From positions 1 to 33,885 of the forward strand of contig JAHISL010000066.1 in the NCBI GenBank assembly GCA_018818185.1: DNA of 33,885 nt, given 5' to 3'. Each line of letters opens with the position of its first letter. Position 1 is the first letter of the stretch. Made by a program: the position numbers and the translations under genes. Below the pieces are notes generated by a model. The model was given only the letters and a program-made list of their open reading frames with translations. It did not search any database and was not told the origin of the DNA. The DNA comes from Patescibacteria group bacterium. GTDB taxonomy: Bacteria > Patescibacteriota > Microgenomatia > UBA12405. Positions 30,953 to 33,885 of the stretch are shown here, one piece after another.

Positions 30953-33094
30953 CTAAAATTTTTGAATAATAGTAATTTTTTCTTCTGAGGGAGGAAGACG
31001 TTTTAGAAAAGAAAAAACGCTAGGGTAAATGATTATATCTCGATCGTATACTTGGGGTTGGGAATCGATAATTTTTTGAGCGGCAGAGAAATCCTTGCCA
31101 GAAAGTTGCTGACGAAGCTTGGTGATATCAATTTTGGGCAAAGTCTTACCTGTTACAGTCAACTTGCCAACAGATTTTTGAGAAGAGTTTTCAGTTGAGG
31201 TGAAAGTAAACAAAAAGTCGGAAGGAGAGGCGATGGAATTTAAGAAATCTTGATCATTGGCAAGTAGGGTTTGAAGAATGGTCTCTTTTTGCTGTGGATC
31301 AATTTGAAAAAGAGAAAGAGTAAGGGAAACATCTACTTGAAGAGTATCTGTTTCTTCGCCAACTTCTCGACTAAATTCAAGGGTTTTTTTATCGATAAAC
31401 AAGGTTCCGGGCATGAGGCCAGCCAAAGATGACTCTGATTTTATTTTTTCAGAAACACGGGAATCAAGAGAGTCGGTTATAAGTTGGTTGAGCTTGGTTC
31501 TGTCAGCAGCAGAAACGACTTGAATTTGCCGGCGACTGCCACCGTTTATGGACTCGTTAACTTTGGCTAATAAGTTTGAATTTTCGCTAAAATTAAGAAC
31601 GGCGTCTTTATTTTGATCAAACTCGGGACCAATATCGAGAGCAATGATGTTGGCTTTGGTTTGACCCATGGTGATAGTACCAGTAGCAAGATTGAAACTA
31701 CTAGCTGGAACCTGAATCGAGGTAAGAAGCTCATACTTTTTTCCGGAAAGATCTGACAATACTGTGGATTTAGGTACGTTTTGAATTTTATCTAGTTTGT
31801 TAAAGATAGTTACCTCCCCTTTTGACTTGTCACCGGTTTCTTTTTGACCGGTAGTGGAAAGAGACTCGCTAAAATCGAGATCGAAGGTCTTTTTTCCGAC
31901 AGGAATTGAAGATTTGGTGACTTCGGCTGAAGTGGAATCAAGGGTTAGATTGAAATCTCGGGTTATTTCCGTAGCATTGTAGTTTATTGTCACCTCAGCC
32001 TTGATTAGAAAATAGGGAATAAGAAGAAGAAGGGGCGAAAGAGCCAAGGGAAGCAAGAGCCAAGGATTGAGGTTTAGTTTTGGAAAAGAAAGCTTAGGAA
32101 GGGATAGTTTTGGAAAATTAAGCTTTTTTGGAGGATTGGCTTTGAGAGGTGGAGGAGATAAAACAATAGAATCTGATTCAATGATTTCAGAGAAACCTAG
32201 CTCTTCTGGAGCTATTTCTTCTAATTCGCTTTTTGAATCAAGCTCTGACGGGAAGGATGATTCTTCTGGGGGTAATTCCTCTTCTGTTTTGTCGGTGTCA
32301 ATGTCCTGAGGAATAGTTTCTGATGATTCCAAAGCTTGATCTTGGTCGGAGCTTGGGGGAGTTTCGGAATTACTATTTTTTAATTGAGATGAAACGGTGT
32401 GGCTATATAAAGTGAAGAGTTCCTCGGGTTGAAAAGCATCAACGTCGGGCAGATGGAGGAAGGTTTCAATATTTTTTTTACCTATCCATGGATAATTTTT
32501 TATGTCATCAACAATACTTGGACTCAGATGACCGACAACTAAAATCCGTGGAGGAAGAGCAGAATCAAGGCGAACGGTAACCAAGGCTGATTCCAGATCC
32601 TGAGGAGTAAATTCAGAATTTAATTGTTGGTGAAAACGTTTTTTTACTTCACCAAGATAAACAAGGGAAAGAGAGAATTCCTTTTGGCCAAGATTTAAAA
32701 GAATAAAAGAAGGGGGGAAGGAATCTTTTTTATCTAAAGATTCAATAAAGGCCTCATCATTACTGATAAAACCAAGAGGTTTTAACTTTAGAGAACGACA
32801 GAGGTTTTCCAAGAGTTTCAAATGTTCGGGAAATATTTTTCCATCATTACCTATCCATCGAGGAGGTAGGATAAAAGCGCTAGATTCCGGTTCTTGGCTG
32901 GGTTCTAGGGAAACTTTTTCAGCCGCAGCTGACAGGGAAATATCGACAGAGTGAAGGAAGGAGTCGAGATCGCCAGGAATCCATTCGGTAGCAGGACCAA
33001 GGGAGGCAATTGAATCTGGATCACCCGATTTTGCCAAAGCAACAGAAACTGTTTCAGTAGTGATCGAAATAAGCCAATAATAGGACGCTTCCAT
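30953..33094 (-). CDS. 713-aa single-pass membrane protein, function unknown
   Basis: A cytoplasmic ~330-aa N-part with an acidic linker, then FPKLSLPKLSFPKLNL repeats and the TM segment PWLLLPLALSPLLLLIPYFLI. The ~350-aa extracytoplasmic C-part contains ...INGGSRRQIQVVS..., which vaguely recalls baseplate-J-like annotations; I cannot verify that. Confidence 0.7.
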   Translation of the reverse strand: MEASYYWLISITTETVSVALAKSGDPDSIASLGPATEWIPGDLDSFLHSVDISLSAAAEKVSLEPSQEPESSAFILPPRWIGNDGKIFPEHLKLLENLCRSLKLKPLGFISNDEAFIESLDKKDSFPPSFILLNLGQKEFSLSLVYLGEVKKRFHQQLNSEFTPQDLESALVTVRLDSALPPRILVVGHLSPSIVDDIKNYPWIGKKNIETFLHLPDVDAFQPEELFTLYSHTVSSQLKNSNSETPPSSDQDQALESSETIPQDIDTDKTEEELPPEESSFPSELDSKSELEEIAPEELGFSEIIESDSIVLSPPPLKANPPKKLNFPKLSLPKLSFPKLNLNPWLLLPLALSPLLLLIPYFLIKAEVTINYNATEITRDFNLTLDSTSAEVTKSSIPVGKKTFDLDFSESLSTTGQKETGDKSKGEVTIFNKLDKIQNVPKSTVLSDLSGKKYELLTSIQVPASSFNLATGTITMGQTKANIIALDIGPEFDQNKDAVLNFSENSNLLAKVNESINGGSRRQIQVVSAADRTKLNQLITDSLDSRVSEKIKSESSLAGLMPGTLFIDKKTLEFSREVGEETDTLQVDVSLTLSLFQIDPQQKETILQTLLANDQDFLNSIASPSDFLFTFTSTENSSQKSVGKLTVTGKTLPKIDITKLRQQLSGKDFSAAQKIIDSQPQVYDRDIIIYPSVFSFLKRLPPSEEKITIIQKF
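32075..32125. repeat. 30-nt-period tandem repeat inside the 713-aa gene
   Basis: TAGTTTTGGAAAAGAAAGCTT (32075-32095) and TAGTTTTGGAAAATTAAGCTT (32105-32125). They encode the PKLS(F/L)PKL repeats preceding the TM helix. Confidence 0.8.
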
Positions 33095-33134
33095 TACTTA
33101 AGAATAGCATAAACTTAAGACAACTTAAGGTAAT

Positions 33135-33728
33135 TTACTGATTAATTAAGATAATTTCGTCGTTAGTAATTGTCCTAATGTTAGGATTATTTTTACTTTT
33201 AAAATCAGATAATACCTGTTCTTGGCTGGAATTATAATGTGGCCAAATTTCAAAATTGACAATATTTAGTCCGTTCAAATTTACTAGTTGAAGCTCATTG
33301 ATATCTCTTGAAGTCTCTATGGATGGACTTAAGACAATAGCACCGGCACTAAAACCCGAGAGAACAACATTATCTTTTCGCCAAAAATCAAGGATTGTTT
33401 CATCAAGACCGGATTGACGAAGTTGATGTAAAAGTTTAAAAGTGTTGCCACCAGTAATCATTAAAACATCCGCCGATAAAATCTTCTGCTTTTCTAAATT
33501 AACCAATCCCCCTCTTTGAGAATTATCGACAAAAATAAATTCAGCCTGGTTAGCCTCAACAAAATTTTTCCAAACCGGGAGATATTTTTGATTATTTTCT
33601 TGATCACTACCATCGGAAGGCATGTAGGCAAATCTTCTACCTGTTAGAAATTTGGGGAATAGTTCAACTTTTAATTTCTTAAAAATTTCTTTAGAAGGTT
33701 GAGAGAAAAGAACTAATTTTTTAGCCAT
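33135..33728 (-). CDS. Peptidase S51 (dipeptidase E-like) family protein
   Basis: ITGGNTFKLLHQLRQSGLDE...VLSGFSAGAIVLSP, i.e. the GGNT motif plus the nucleophile Ser in G-x-S-A-G. Confidence 0.7.
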   Translation of the reverse strand: MAKKLVLFSQPSKEIFKKLKVELFPKFLTGRRFAYMPSDGSDQENNQKYLPVWKNFVEANQAEFIFVDNSQRGGLVNLEKQKILSADVLMITGGNTFKLLHQLRQSGLDETILDFWRKDNVVLSGFSAGAIVLSPSIETSRDINELQLVNLNGLNIVNFEIWPHYNSSQEQVLSDFKSKNNPNIRTITNDEIILINQ

Positions 33729-33731
33729 AAA

Positions 33732-33885
33732 TCATTTTAATACTGCATAAATCCGACGCTTTCCAGAGCCGGCGGACTCTTCCTTGATGATCCCGAAAAC
33801 TCCAAGTTCTTTGGTATTTTTTACGTGAGGTCCGGTACAAACTTCCTTGGAAAAACATTTCTTTGGATCCCCCACTGTGTAAACA
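33732..33885 (-). CDS. alaS: C-terminal end of alanyl-tRNA synthetase or an AlaX-type editing protein (partial, runs off the right edge)
   Basis: My translation of the minus strand is ...[49 protein letters not shown]. The C-x-G-x-HV...G.F.I..E...G.RRI motif belongs to the AlaRS/AlaX editing (tRNA_SAD) domain. The stop is TGA at 33734-33732. Confidence 0.7.
   Translation of the reverse strand, partial: VYTVGDPKKCFSKEVCTGPHVKNTKELGVFGIIKEESAGSGKRRIYAVLK

Noticed and set aside
1-33885. Scanned for CRISPR arrays, rRNA or tRNA genes, transposase, integrase or phage structural genes, and for signs of an alternative genetic code (UGA recoding, as in some CPR lineages)
   Set aside because: I found no regularly spaced direct repeats and no recombinase-like ORFs. 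TGA terminates several well-defined genes at the expected protein ends (MiaB-like, alaS, the sortase/ruvX and LytR_C/rfbB overlaps), so the standard code fits.

Overview
This looks like a chromosomal segment of a small-genome, AT-leaning bacterium. Dense minus-strand packing, a sortase, a LytR_C protein, many orphan membrane proteins and a TRAM-less MiaB suggest a Candidate Phyla Radiation / Patescibacteria lineage, but that is inference only. The standard genetic code applies, since TGA is used as a stop. The backbone is all on the minus strand: alaS(3' end) - S51 peptidase - 713-aa membrane protein - sortase - ruvX - Zn-ribbon - mltG ... two secreted paralogs - rpoB - rpoC - rpsL - rpsG - [about 11 kb accessory block] - fusA - [609-aa orphan] - tuf - rpsJ - rplC(5' part). 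The accessory block splits the normally contiguous str operon. It holds a GHKL-like mini protein, a LytR_C membrane protein coupled to rfbB-rfbC-rfbD, small orphans and an FAD/NAD oxidoreductase. It also holds the part I consider most likely to be a new system. That part is a 687-aa protein with a ParB/Srx-like N-terminus (7515-9578, minus), transcribed divergently from three tandem, highly diverged Nudix-fold paralogs (9594-12236, plus). Only the last paralog keeps the catalytic Nudix box. Between and after the paralogs lie a consensus promoter -> about 150 nt -> intrinsic terminator unit (candidate sRNA or leader), TATCAGA operator-like boxes and GC-rich hairpins. I recognised no rRNA, tRNA, CRISPR array, transposase or integrase. 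All functional calls come from reading motifs by eye; no database search was run.
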